From: Alistipes onderdonkii
GTDB lineage: Bacteria; Fibrobacterota; Fibrobacteria; Fibrobacterales; Fibrobacteraceae
Direction: 5' to 3'
Assembly: GCA_963656065.1 (NCBI GenBank)
Contig: CAVKGV010000009.1
Span: forward strand, 27,498 to 91,497
DNA length: 64,000 nucleotides
The position numbers and the translations under genes are program-made. The notes beneath the pieces were generated by a model. The model made no database searches, was not told where the DNA came from, and worked only from the letters and a program-made list of their open reading frames with translations. This document shows, piece by piece, positions 28,590-37,770 of the stretch. Each line of letters opens with the position of its first letter. Positions within the stretch are counted from its first letter, which is position 1.

Positions 28590-29690
28590 TCACACGTTGA
28601 AGAGGTAATACATGATGTCGCCATCTTGGACGATGTATTCCTTGCCTTCGGTCCGGACAACGCCGGCTTCCTTTGCCGCATTCCAGGAACCGTATTTGCG
28701 GAAGTCGTCGAAGCTGAGCGTTTCGGCACGGATAAAACCTTTTTCAAAATCCGAGTGGATGACTCCGGCGCATTGGGGAGCCTTGGAGCCGGCGGTAAAT
28801 GTCCATGCGCGGCATTCCTTTTCGCCGGCGGTAAAGAAAGTGTGCAGGCCGAGTATCCGGTAGCCTTCGCGGACGACGGAATCGAGCCCGGATTCTTTCA
28901 TGCCGAGTTCTTTCAAAAATTCCGCCTTGTCCGCGGGTTCCATCTTGGAAAGTTCCTCTTCGATTTTTCCGCTGATGACAACGACGGATGCGCCTTGCTT
29001 CTTCGCAAATTCTTCAAGCTGCGAAACGTATTGGTTGCCCTTTCCCAAATCTTCTTCGCGGATGTTCGCGCAATAGAAAAGCGGCTTCGCGGTGAGGAGC
29101 GCCAGGTCCTGTACGATTGCATCGAGAGCGTCGCCGTTCTTCCCGATGAATTCTCTCGCGCTTTTTCCTGCTTCGAGACCTTTTTTCAGGATTTCGCAGG
29201 CTTCGACATTTTCCTTCGCCTTGGCGTTTCCTGTCCGGGCTGCCTTGTTTTCGTTGGCGAATCGCTTCTCGACCGAGTCGAGGTCTTTCAGGATCAGTTC
29301 CGTTTCGATGATGTCGATGTCGCGGACCGGATCGACGGTTCCGAGTACATGCGTGATGTCGTCGTCGTCAAAGCAGCGGACCACTTCCATGATGGCGTTG
29401 CATTCGCGGATATGCGTGAGAAACTGGTTGCCGAGACCTTCGCCCTTGCTTGCGCCCTTGACAAGCCCGGCGATATCGACAAATTCCGTCACGGCGGGAA
29501 CGATGGATTTGGGGTGATAGACTTTGACCAGCTCGTTCAGGCGGTCGTCGGGAACGCTCACCATGCCGACGTTCGGTTCTATTGTGCAGAACGGGTAGTT
29601 GGCGGCTTCTGCGCCGGCGTTTGTGATGGCGTTAAAGATCGTACTTTTGCCGACGTTCGGGAGGCCGACGATTCCGCATTTAAGACTCAT
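28590..29690 (-). CDS. ychF: Ribosome-binding ATPase YchF
   Basis: GIVGLPNVGKST, NYPFCTIEPN, DIAGLV, AGVIHSDFEKGFIRAE; AAGGAG RBS before ATG 29690. Confidence 0.97.
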   Translation of the reverse strand: MSLKCGIVGLPNVGKSTIFNAITNAGAEAANYPFCTIEPNVGMVSVPDDRLNELVKVYHPKSIVPAVTEFVDIAGLVKGASKGEGLGNQFLTHIRECNAIMEVVRCFDDDDITHVLGTVDPVRDIDIIETELILKDLDSVEKRFANENKAARTGNAKAKENVEACEILKKGLEAGKSAREFIGKNGDALDAIVQDLALLTAKPLFYCANIREEDLGKGNQYVSQLEEFAKKQGASVVVISGKIEEELSKMEPADKAEFLKELGMKESGLDSVVREGYRILGLHTFFTAGEKECRAWTFTAGSKAPQCAGVIHSDFEKGFIRAETLSFDDFRKYGSWNAAKEAGVVRTEGKEYIVQDGDIMYYLFNV

Positions 29691-29735
29691 GCTGAACTCC
29701 TTGCTAATCGCGCGCAAATTTAGCATTTTTGGAGT

Positions 29736-30572
29736 ATGATGATTTTAAAAGCTTGGAAGGTTGCCGTCTTGCTTTCGCTCTTTACGCTTGTTTCCTGTGC
29801 CGGGAACCGGTCTGCGGAAAATCCGGCGGGAGATTCGGCGTGCGCGGAATGCGGCGAACAGGGCGAAATGGAACTGGAAATTTCGGACGAAAAAGGCTTT
29901 GCCGAGCTGAATCCGAAGCTTCCGGAACTGGAGAAAGCTTCCGCAGTCATAGGGAGCTTTCCCGCTTTGCGGATTGTGGCGGAATGTCCCGAAGAGAATA
30001 AAATTTGTCACAGCTTTAGCGAAGACGCCATCGATTTTGACCTTGCGCATTTTGAGGATTCCCTCATCGAAAGGCGTTTCCTGGAGATGCGCCACGAGCA
30101 GATGCTGGAAGGTTTGCGGATTCCCGAAGCGGATTCTTCTTGGATAAGGGATGCGCTAAAAAAAATGCTCGGACAAGAATTTGCGGATGGGAAAAAACTT
30201 TCGGATGTTTCTCCGTGGGAATCTCGGGCTGATTCCGTCACCGCATATTCCGTTTTTGACCGGGATATTCCCCAGCCTCTTCGCGAGGAACTTTTTAAAA
30301 TTTCCCGCCGTTACAATGTCCGTTACTTGACTTTTCCCGTTACCGTCCATGTGAAAATTTTGCCGAAGATTGGAAAAAGCGGCGGCTTTGCGTGGAAATC
30401 GCTGTGGATTTTGTGGGATGCTCGTCTCGGAAAGCCGATGCTTTTAAGCTATCATGAATTTACGGCGAAGACAAAAAGCCGGGTCGCGCCCGAGCGTGGC
30501 TGGGCGGCTCCCTTTGCGGAACGTCTTGCGAAGGAACTGTACCTAGATCCCGGGACCGTGGAAAACCATTAG
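29736..30572 (+). CDS. Hypothetical lipoprotein
   Basis: Signal peptide with lipobox LVSC. Confidence 0.7.
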   Translation: MMILKAWKVAVLLSLFTLVSCAGNRSAENPAGDSACAECGEQGEMELEISDEKGFAELNPKLPELEKASAVIGSFPALRIVAECPEENKICHSFSEDAIDFDLAHFEDSLIERRFLEMRHEQMLEGLRIPEADSSWIRDALKKMLGQEFADGKKLSDVSPWESRADSVTAYSVFDRDIPQPLREELFKISRRYNVRYLTFPVTVHVKILPKIGKSGGFAWKSLWILWDARLGKPMLLSYHEFTAKTKSRVAPERGWAAPFAERLAKELYLDPGTVENH

Positions 30573-31747
30573 GGAAAAATATTTTCCGAAATTTTACCGC
30601 TTAGGGCGATAAGACTTAGCAGATAAAGTAATCCGTCGTAATATCGCCATTTTCCGGTGGGAACCGGCGTGTCCCAGAATGCCGTTAGAAATGGACGGGA
30701 CAGCTCGGCGTCTTCCGGATTTGCCAAGTCAAGCGCACTTGTTGCCGCCGCGTTCATCGCGATGAGTCCCGGAGTAATCGGTCGGGCTGTTGTCGGATAG
30801 GCGGAACCGTCGATACGGTAATCCGCAAGATTTGGCTTGTGGGAACGAAAAAAACGGAGAAGTTTGCGGATGGAATTTTGCTCGAAGGCTCGGGCTTTTT
30901 TGCGTTCACTTTCGCAAATACCAGAAATTTCCCAGTTGAAATCTACCGCAAGGTTCAAAACGACGCGCCATGCGTCTCCGCTAAAACATTCGCTTGCCGG
31001 GAAAAAATCGGTGTGCTTCGGGGAACCGTCAAATTCCGCATAGTCGGGGAAGAGCCCCGTTTCGGGGTGAGAGGCGCGCATGAGAAAGCCGAGACTCTCT
31101 CGATAGACGTTTTCCCAGAAAGGATCTTTGGATTCCTTGGCGAAAAGTCGGTAGAAGGCGAGCGTGTGGTAGCTCGGATCGGTAAACTCGTTTCCCTTGA
31201 CGGGGGAAAATCGGACCAGAAAATTTTTGGGGTGAAACATTGCCTGGAGATTTTCCGACGGCTTTTTGTGCGCCATCTGCCTGAGGAGGGAAGAGGCTTC
31301 GCGTTTGTATTCCGGTCGTTTGAATTTCTGGGCGGCAATAAGGAGGGCCGCGGCAAAATATTCTTCACCGTCGGGAGCAGCTCCGGGATCCATCTTGTAA
31401 AATTCTTTCGGGTTTTGGCGGATTCCGACTTGCCAGGCGAAGTAGGGGGAAAATTTCCCGTGTGAGTTCTTCAAAAATTTTTTTGAAAAATCCCAGAGCG
31501 ATTGAAACAGCGGCTCCATGCCGAGCTCCGCGGCGATGAACATCCCGTAGCTCATGCCTTCGCTGCGAATGTCCGAGTGCCCGATATCGACGATGTAGCG
31601 GAGCTGACCGAAATCAAAGCAGACTCGTTCGCTTTCCTTGTCGCCGAGAAAAAGACTGCGGAAACATTCCCGGATTTTAGACTGGACTTCCGTTTCGCTT
31701 TTGCCGATAATCCGGAACGGACTTTTGAAATCTTCCGAAAAATTCAC
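30569..31747 (-). CDS. GH8 glycoside hydrolase (reducing-end xylose-releasing exo-oligoxylanase-like, no signal peptide)
   Basis: IRSEGMSYGM, APDGEEYFA, FTDPSYH, GDAWRV, RYYDGLLY; GTG 31747 with AGAGGA RBS overlaps the HAD stop. Confidence 0.85.
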   Translation of the reverse strand: MNFSEDFKSPFRIIGKSETEVQSKIRECFRSLFLGDKESERVCFDFGQLRYIVDIGHSDIRSEGMSYGMFIAAELGMEPLFQSLWDFSKKFLKNSHGKFSPYFAWQVGIRQNPKEFYKMDPGAAPDGEEYFAAALLIAAQKFKRPEYKREASSLLRQMAHKKPSENLQAMFHPKNFLVRFSPVKGNEFTDPSYHTLAFYRLFAKESKDPFWENVYRESLGFLMRASHPETGLFPDYAEFDGSPKHTDFFPASECFSGDAWRVVLNLAVDFNWEISGICESERKKARAFEQNSIRKLLRFFRSHKPNLADYRIDGSAYPTTARPITPGLIAMNAAATSALDLANPEDAELSRPFLTAFWDTPVPTGKWRYYDGLLYLLSLIALSGKISENIFP

Positions 31748-32406
31748 CGGATGTCCTCTTTCAATGTTTCGAACAGGGAATCTCCGTTTTGAAAGAGCCT
31801 CGTTCGCATTCCGACCGAAGCGGCTCCGTGGATGTCGCGCTCGGGATCGTCTCCGACGAACAAAGTCGTTTCCGGTTTTGTTCCGAGTTTTTCCAGGGCA
31901 ATTTCGAAAATTCGCGGATCGGGCTTTTTGACGTGAAATTCGCCCGAAACAATCACGGCATCGAGCATTTTCAGGAGACCGTTTTTGCGCAGGACTTTCC
32001 GCACATGGGGAGCGTGTTGAAAATTTGAAATAATGCCCACCTTGATGCCCTTTCCTTTCAAGGATTGCAGCAAGGGTTTCGTTTCCGGATGGATAGGAAT
32101 AAAGCGCTGCCAACGGTTCATCGATGTGGCGGCGGTATGCCGGATCCAATTTTCACCAGGATCTTTTCCGTAGAGCTCCGCGAGATGGCTTAGACGGATT
32201 TCGTATTCTGTGTAGCGTTCCTCTTCCGAAATTTGTTCCGAGAAAAAATGCCTGCACCTTTTTGCGACCTGTGCCGCTGTCGTAGAAACGCCGAGACTTT
32301 TCAACGCTTGCGCAAGATCTTCATGCCAGATGGAAAACGCCTTGGACATGTTGCCGTAGGTGAAGAGTGTCCCATACAGGTCAAAAAGGATGCCGGCGAT
32401 TTCCAT
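31744..32406 (-). CDS. HAD-superfamily hydrolase
   Basis: FDLYGTL, IISN, KPDPRIF, VGDDPERDI. Confidence 0.9.
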   Translation of the reverse strand: MEIAGILFDLYGTLFTYGNMSKAFSIWHEDLAQALKSLGVSTTAAQVAKRCRHFFSEQISEEERYTEYEIRLSHLAELYGKDPGENWIRHTAATSMNRWQRFIPIHPETKPLLQSLKGKGIKVGIISNFQHAPHVRKVLRKNGLLKMLDAVIVSGEFHVKKPDPRIFEIALEKLGTKPETTLFVGDDPERDIHGAASVGMRTRLFQNGDSLFETLKEDIR

Positions 32407-32414
32407 TTTGGATT

Positions 32415-32717
32415 CTAGACTTCGTAATCGATGACGGCGCGGTCTGTCGAAACCTTGCCGATGAACTGCTTGATTTCTACGTGGGCGGGAAAATCCTGGT
32501 AAAAGTCGAGATCGTCTTTCGTCGCAAATGCCGTAACGAGTCCTATGTCCCAGGCGGCGGCGCTGCGGTTGAAATCGACGCCGGATTCGATGGAAAGCAG
32601 TCCGGGAACTTTGCCGTCGAGCGTTTTGAAAAGTTCGACGATTTTCTTTCCGTTTTCATCGGCGGATGCGCCTTCGGCTTCTTTCTTGAGTTTCCAGAGA
32701 ACGATGTGCTTAATCAT
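32415..32717 (-). CDS. Dabb family stress-responsive A/B barrel protein
   Basis: MIKHIVLWKLK...YQDFPAH...AVIDYE. Confidence 0.9.
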   Translation of the reverse strand: MIKHIVLWKLKKEAEGASADENGKKIVELFKTLDGKVPGLLSIESGVDFNRSAAAWDIGLVTAFATKDDLDFYQDFPAHVEIKQFIGKVSTDRAVIDYEV

Positions 32718-33906
32718 GGGATGTTCCTTCCAAGAGTTTGTGATACAGAGAAAGCTGGCGTGTAAAACAGCTTTGCCAACTGAATTGCTTTGCGTAGTTC
32801 ACCGCGTTCCGTTTGAGGTTCGGCAGGTCCATTTTTGAAATTCGGACGATTGCGTCGGCGAGAGCTTGCGGAGTGCGCTCTTCGAGCAGCACTCCGGCGC
32901 CCGATGCGCGGAGATGTTCGGCGGCGGCGCCGGTTGATGCGGCGACAAGCGCATCGCCGCAAGCGAGGCTTTCCAGAATGGAAAGTCCAAATGTTTCCCA
33001 GCCGGATAGCGCAAGCGACAAGTCCGTACTGGCGTAACGCTTTGCCATTTCGCCCGTGCCGTTGATGAATCCTTCGTAGCGGATGTGCTTAAATTTTTTT
33101 TCGGCTTCCTTGACTTTCGGAAGGTCCGGTCCCGTTCCCGCAAAAAGGACTGCCGGTTCGCTTCCGAGCTTTTCGCAGAGAATCGGGTAGGCGAGAAGGA
33201 ATAACCTGAGACCTTTTTCATCGCAGAACCGATGCGGGAAAAAAATCGTGAGGCGGTTCGGGTCGCCGGCTTTTAATGTCCGGACCAGATTTTCGTCTCG
33301 CGCTTCCGGGCGAAAGGTTTGCAAATCGACTCCCAGCGGAATCCATTCCAACCGATTTTCCGTAAAGCCAAATCTTTCCATCCGGTTGAGTACTTCGTGC
33401 GAACTCGCTTCGAGTTTTCGGTAATTCCGGAAGCTAGCCCGTGCGTAGGCAAAAGCGGCGGATTCTGCAAACCTTGCGATTTTGGGAAGTCCCCATTTTT
33501 CAAAGAAGCGCCGGACGTAGGTGACGGGAAAATCCGCATGCCAAAAGGCGGTCAGCGCGGATTTCTTAGAAACTTTTTCCGCGGCAGAGGAAACCGCTTT
33601 GGGAAGAATATACGGGGAACCGACTTCGATGATATCCGGTTGGTATTTTTCCAGATAGGGTCGGATGTCTTTTTGTTTCCACAAAAAACGGTATTCCCAG
33701 TTTCCGGGAAAGCGGAACGCTTTTCTGTGTTCGATGACCAGCGATTCGGAAATTTTTTCGGTGAATGTCTTGGCATCGTTCTGGACGAAGATCAAGGTCG
33801 CGTCATCCCGGTCCTTGTAAAATTTCATGCGCTCTAAATGGTAACGCCTGACTCCTCCGCCCGAGGGGCTCCAAAAATTGTTGAAATCGACGATGACGAA
33901 GCTCAT
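32710..33906 (-). CDS. GT4 glycosyltransferase
   Basis: SPSGGGV, EKG, ETFGLSILESLACG. Confidence 0.88.
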   Translation of the reverse strand: MSFVIVDFNNFWSPSGGGVRRYHLERMKFYKDRDDATLIFVQNDAKTFTEKISESLVIEHRKAFRFPGNWEYRFLWKQKDIRPYLEKYQPDIIEVGSPYILPKAVSSAAEKVSKKSALTAFWHADFPVTYVRRFFEKWGLPKIARFAESAAFAYARASFRNYRKLEASSHEVLNRMERFGFTENRLEWIPLGVDLQTFRPEARDENLVRTLKAGDPNRLTIFFPHRFCDEKGLRLFLLAYPILCEKLGSEPAVLFAGTGPDLPKVKEAEKKFKHIRYEGFINGTGEMAKRYASTDLSLALSGWETFGLSILESLACGDALVAASTGAAAEHLRASGAGVLLEERTPQALADAIVRISKMDLPNLKRNAVNYAKQFSWQSCFTRQLSLYHKLLEGTSHD

Positions 33907-35792
33907 TTTTCTTTTTCTTTCATCCGGTAGGACTTGTCCGAAAAGAGAAGATTTGCTTCGTAGAGGGTCGAACCGGAACCTTTCAGATTGACGGTGAGCC
34001 AGAGCGCTCCGTCTTCCTTGCGCTCAATCCAGAATGTCGCATCGGCATCGCGCAGGTATGGACCTGGACCGATGATTTTGTCTCCATCCTTGATGCATGA
34101 TCCGCTGATGAAAACAGGAATATCCAGATTCTTGTAAAGATCGAGTGCCGCCGAGGAACGCCGTTCGCAGAGATCCGGAATGTCCGCCCGATCCGAGATG
34201 CGGAGATGATCGATTCCGTCGATAATGAGAATCAGGTTCTGCTTTTCGGAAAGTTCGTTTTGCAATTCCTTGAGGAATGTGTTGAAATTGAATGTTTCCG
34301 TATCTTCCCAGATTTCGATTCGTTCCGTCTTGACGTATGACAGAAGCTGCTGGGTCGCATCGTGAACGCACTGGTTTAATGTTTCGTCCTTGTTCTGCTT
34401 GCGGACATTCGCTTCGGAAATTCCGGCGAGCATGGCGACGAATCGGTCGAAGACCTGTCTGCGCGGACTGTCCAGGGCGACGTAAATAACTTTGGCGTTC
34501 GGATTTCCTTCGATAAGGTCTAGCGCAAAGGAGGATAGGGCATAGCTTTTAAACCCGAACGGTTCGGAAGAGAGAAAATAGTAGCCGGGCAAGATTCCGT
34601 CGAGAGCGTGGGACAGGGTCGGAAAATTGGAAAGGCAGTAGCCGACATCGGATTCCGCGTCGCGGGTCATTGCCGTGGTAAAATTTTCACGGATGTCCTG
34701 GAGAAGTACGGACTTGCGATGCGTGTGCATGGTGTCTTCTTCGGTATCCCGGATTTTTTCGAGGAACGCGTCGGCTCCGTTTTTGCGGACTACCGTATCG
34801 ACGGTTTCGCCGATGGGCAGAATGATGGATTTAAAGCGCATCCCTTCCGATTCCGCAAGTTCGAGGCTTTTGCGAATGTGAAGCTCCTGGTTCCGGCGGT
34901 TCGGCTCTTTGCGGAGAACCAGCGTGATGCTTTCGGCTCCGCAGGCTTTGAGCTTGTAGAGGTGGCTGCGGCTAAAAGGCTGGTACATCGTTGAAACGAC
35001 GCCTGAAATCCCGGCGAGATCCGCGGTCAGGGCGTCAAAAAGCCCTTCGACAACGATCGGATTTTCCACGTCCTGCTGGATGTTGAAAGGAATATCCAGC
35101 GGACCGGAGGCGTAAGAAATGTAAGTGTCTTCGTTTGAATTCGGCGTTCCCGCGTTGTCGAGAATCCGCCCATAGACGGAGTGGATGACGCCTTTGGAAT
35201 TGCGGGCGGGAATGGTGAGTCGCGGCTCGTGGGAAATGTCGAGATTGTCGAGGTAAAAGCTGACTTCGTGACGTTCTAGTCCGGAGAGCAGGCAGTAGCT
35301 GTAAAAAGGTTCCGGGTCGCCGCTGTAATACCCGATGCCGTAGAGTTTTGCCTGTCCGAGGCTCCAACCGCGGGACTTGAGAAATTCCGCCGTGGACTCG
35401 CTTTTTGTTGCGGCCCAGTGGCAATAGCGGACAAAACTTTCAAGAATGCGGACTTTTTCACCGCCGATTTCCTTGTTCTTGTGATGATCCGTCTCGCCGT
35501 TTTCGAATTCGACGCCCCAAAAATCTAGAGCTTCCTTGCGCGCCGCGTTTTCGTCTAGTCCGTTGAAGCGAGTCCGCATGAGAAATTCAATCAGGTCCCC
35601 GTCGCTGTCGCATTGCAGGCAGCGGTAACGCCAATAACCCAGCGTATTGTAAAAGAAGAGGGATGATTCTTCGGGTGCATGGAAGGGACACTGGGACATC
35701 AGATTGCGTCCCCAGCGTCTTAGGGGAATGCCCAGGCGTCGTGGATGTGTCTTGACGCGGGAAAGATCGAGTTTCTCTTCTTCGACGAGCAT
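33903..35792 (-). CDS. DnaG-like (CHC2 Zn finger + TOPRIM) fused to a DnaB-like RecA-fold domain; catalytic motifs degenerate
   Basis: CPFH...CLQC, FLKSRG, RLTIP...GR, VVEGLFD; C-terminal LDGILPG..SEPFGFKS..VIYVALD..LILIIDG; GAGGTG RBS. Confidence 0.75.
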   Translation of the reverse strand: MLVEEEKLDLSRVKTHPRRLGIPLRRWGRNLMSQCPFHAPEESSLFFYNTLGYWRYRCLQCDSDGDLIEFLMRTRFNGLDENAARKEALDFWGVEFENGETDHHKNKEIGGEKVRILESFVRYCHWAATKSESTAEFLKSRGWSLGQAKLYGIGYYSGDPEPFYSYCLLSGLERHEVSFYLDNLDISHEPRLTIPARNSKGVIHSVYGRILDNAGTPNSNEDTYISYASGPLDIPFNIQQDVENPIVVEGLFDALTADLAGISGVVSTMYQPFSRSHLYKLKACGAESITLVLRKEPNRRNQELHIRKSLELAESEGMRFKSIILPIGETVDTVVRKNGADAFLEKIRDTEEDTMHTHRKSVLLQDIRENFTTAMTRDAESDVGYCLSNFPTLSHALDGILPGYYFLSSEPFGFKSYALSSFALDLIEGNPNAKVIYVALDSPRRQVFDRFVAMLAGISEANVRKQNKDETLNQCVHDATQQLLSYVKTERIEIWEDTETFNFNTFLKELQNELSEKQNLILIIDGIDHLRISDRADIPDLCERRSSAALDLYKNLDIPVFISGSCIKDGDKIIGPGPYLRDADATFWIERKEDGALWLTVNLKGSGSTLYEANLLFSDKSYRMKEKEK

Positions 35793-35844
35793 AAGTCACC
35801 TCAATTTTAACGATAGAAATTTTTTGAAAATAGAAACAATGCGG

Positions 35845-36413
35845 TCTGAGCTTAGTTGGCGGTCAGAGCTTAGTTGAGAGAGCTTAGAGCTGCAGACATT
35901 TAAATTCCGAGAGTGGAGTTTGGAAAGTGGAGAGTGGAGTTGTCAGTGGAGCGAACCGTTTTCGTACTCTGTCATTCTGGAGAGGTCGAAGACCTCGATA
36001 GAATCCCCGTCCGACGTCATTCTGGAACTCCCGAAGGGAGTGATAGAATCAGCTCTACGCTCTGACATGGATCCTATCGGTCGCGGAGCTCCCTCCAGGA
36101 TGCCCGCTAGAAGAAAAAGTTCGTTCAAAAGTCACTCCATTCTCAGATCAGACTCAGCGTGGCCATGGGGGTGGTTGCAAGGAAGGGGGACCTTGGCCTT
36201 TCGCAACTCGGAAAGATCCCCCTACCTTGCCCCTCGCCGGGAAGGCGCACATCCGCCGAGAGGCGGAAAAAGGGTCGCTTCGCAACAAAAACACTCCACT
36301 CTGAATTTTCAGTTCTAAGCTCTGACATGGATCCTATCGGTCGCGAGCTCCCTCCAGGATGACAGAAGAGCGTTCCTGCCCGCCGTCATTCCACACTCCA
36401 CACTCCACTCTCA
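35845..36413. repeat. REP/BIME-like mosaic, copy 3
   Basis: Units at 35970-36005(+), 36015-36050(+), 36069-36102(-), 36329-36364(-); heptamer flanks AGCTTAG, GAGTGGA, TCCACAC. Confidence 0.85.
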
Positions 36414-36517
36414 GATCTACGCTCCGACAACCCCGCTTTCCGTTTTAACCAATCCCTTTCTCCTAATCATTTCTAACGCCCTTATTCCAAAATCCCAATT
36501 TTTTTAAATTCTACGTC

Positions 36518-37087
36518 ATGATTATTCTCGGGATAGATCCGGGCTCCTATACGACGGGCTACGCTTTTTTGGAAAAGGATGGAAACGGTCCGATTCGCGT
36601 TCTCGAATATGGAACGGTTTCCGCTCCGAAAAAGGATGCTTTTGAAGATCGGTTGGTGAAAATCGTCTGCGATTTGGAAAAACTGCTGGATATCTATAAA
36701 CCGGGCGTTTTTAGTATGGAAAGTGCGTTCTTTGCAAAGAACGTCCGCAGCGCGATGGTTTTGGGGCATGTCCGCGGAGCGATTCTTGTGATGTGCCATC
36801 GTCGCGGCATGGAATTTTTTGAATATAGCCCACGTTCGGTCAAACAGGCTGTTACGGGGGACGGAGCCGCTTCAAAAGAAAAAGTCGCCTACATGGTGAC
36901 CGCGCGTCTTGAAATCAAGAAGGAAAATGTAATGCTTGACGCAACGGATGCTTTGGCGATAGCCTGTACGCACCTGTTTTCCCGAAATGAATTTGTATGT
37001 GAAAAAAACAGGCGCTTGTCGCGTTCTTCAAAAAATGCGGCTTTGCGTGCGCTTGTCCTAAAAATGGGAGGCTCGCTTCCTGAATGA
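36518..37087 (+). CDS. ruvC: Holliday junction resolvase
   Basis: ILGIDPG, MESAFF, GHVRG, KQAVTGDGAASKE, DATDALAIA. Confidence 0.95.
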   Translation: MIILGIDPGSYTTGYAFLEKDGNGPIRVLEYGTVSAPKKDAFEDRLVKIVCDLEKLLDIYKPGVFSMESAFFAKNVRSAMVLGHVRGAILVMCHRRGMEFFEYSPRSVKQAVTGDGAASKEKVAYMVTARLEIKKENVMLDATDALAIACTHLFSRNEFVCEKNRRLSRSSKNAALRALVLKMGGSLPE

Positions 37088-37770
37088 AAACTCTAGCTCC
37101 TTACGGGCTTGACGATACAGGTCTTGTCCGAATTCCCGAGACGGATTACTTTGTACAAAATTCCGTGCTGGAGCCTTTTTTAAGACTTTCCGAAAGTGCC
37201 AGAAGGGCGGGCTTCGACATCCGCGTGGAAAGCGCTTTCCGTTCTTTTGACAGGCAACTTTCTATCTGGAACCGCAAAGCGACCGGTAGGTTGAAATTGC
37301 TAGATGCGGACGGAATTCCGTTTCGGAAAATTCCGGAAGACGCTTCGGATAGGATGCGCGCCATTCTTCTCTGGTCGGCGCTTCCCGGTGCGTCTCGGCA
37401 CCATTTTGGAACGGAACTCGACGTGGTCGATGGAAACAGCGTGCCGAAAGGCTATGAAGTCGAGCTGACCGAAGAGGAGTGTGACGGAATGTTCGCTCCT
37501 TTTCACCGCTGGCTTTCGGAACAGATTCAGGCTGGAAAATCTTTCGGCTTTGAACGTGTCTTTGTGCCGGGCTGCGGAAAGATCCGTCCGGAACGCTGGC
37601 ACATTTCCCACCGGGCGTCGGCTGCCGAGCAGGAATCCCTCTTTGAACCGGAAACATTGCGGACTATCTACGAACGCTCCGACATGGAATTGAAAGATGC
37701 CGTCCTGGAACATTTTGACGAGCTGATGCGTGACTATGTCTTTCCTTATTTTTGGAGAGGCGTCCGGTGA
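37084..37770 (+). CDS. M15 family (VanY-like) peptidoglycan carboxypeptidase
   Basis: SAFRSFDRQ, SRHHFGTELD, ERWH. Confidence 0.88.
   Translation: MKTLAPYGLDDTGLVRIPETDYFVQNSVLEPFLRLSESARRAGFDIRVESAFRSFDRQLSIWNRKATGRLKLLDADGIPFRKIPEDASDRMRAILLWSALPGASRHHFGTELDVVDGNSVPKGYEVELTEEECDGMFAPFHRWLSEQIQAGKSFGFERVFVPGCGKIRPERWHISHRASAAEQESLFEPETLRTIYERSDMELKDAVLEHFDELMRDYVFPYFWRGVR

Noticed and set aside
28626..29723. 365-aa plus-strand ORF
   Set aside because: Antisense shadow of ychF with no motifs; expected from codon bias in a highly expressed gene
31748..32149. N-terminal extension of the GH8 ORF (likewise long upstream extensions of the PilV-like, dapL, asnS, XPB, ychF and hemW ORFs)
   Set aside because: Extensions overlap neighbouring genes or promoters; better starts with RBS or coupling lie downstream
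35920..36362. Short ORFs within the repeat mosaics (also 28284-28553)
   Set aside because: Translations of palindromic repeats, with no RBS or protein-like composition
18683..36413. Repeat clusters as CRISPR arrays
   Set aside because: Units alternate in orientation, linkers are conserved rather than unique spacers, and no cas genes are present
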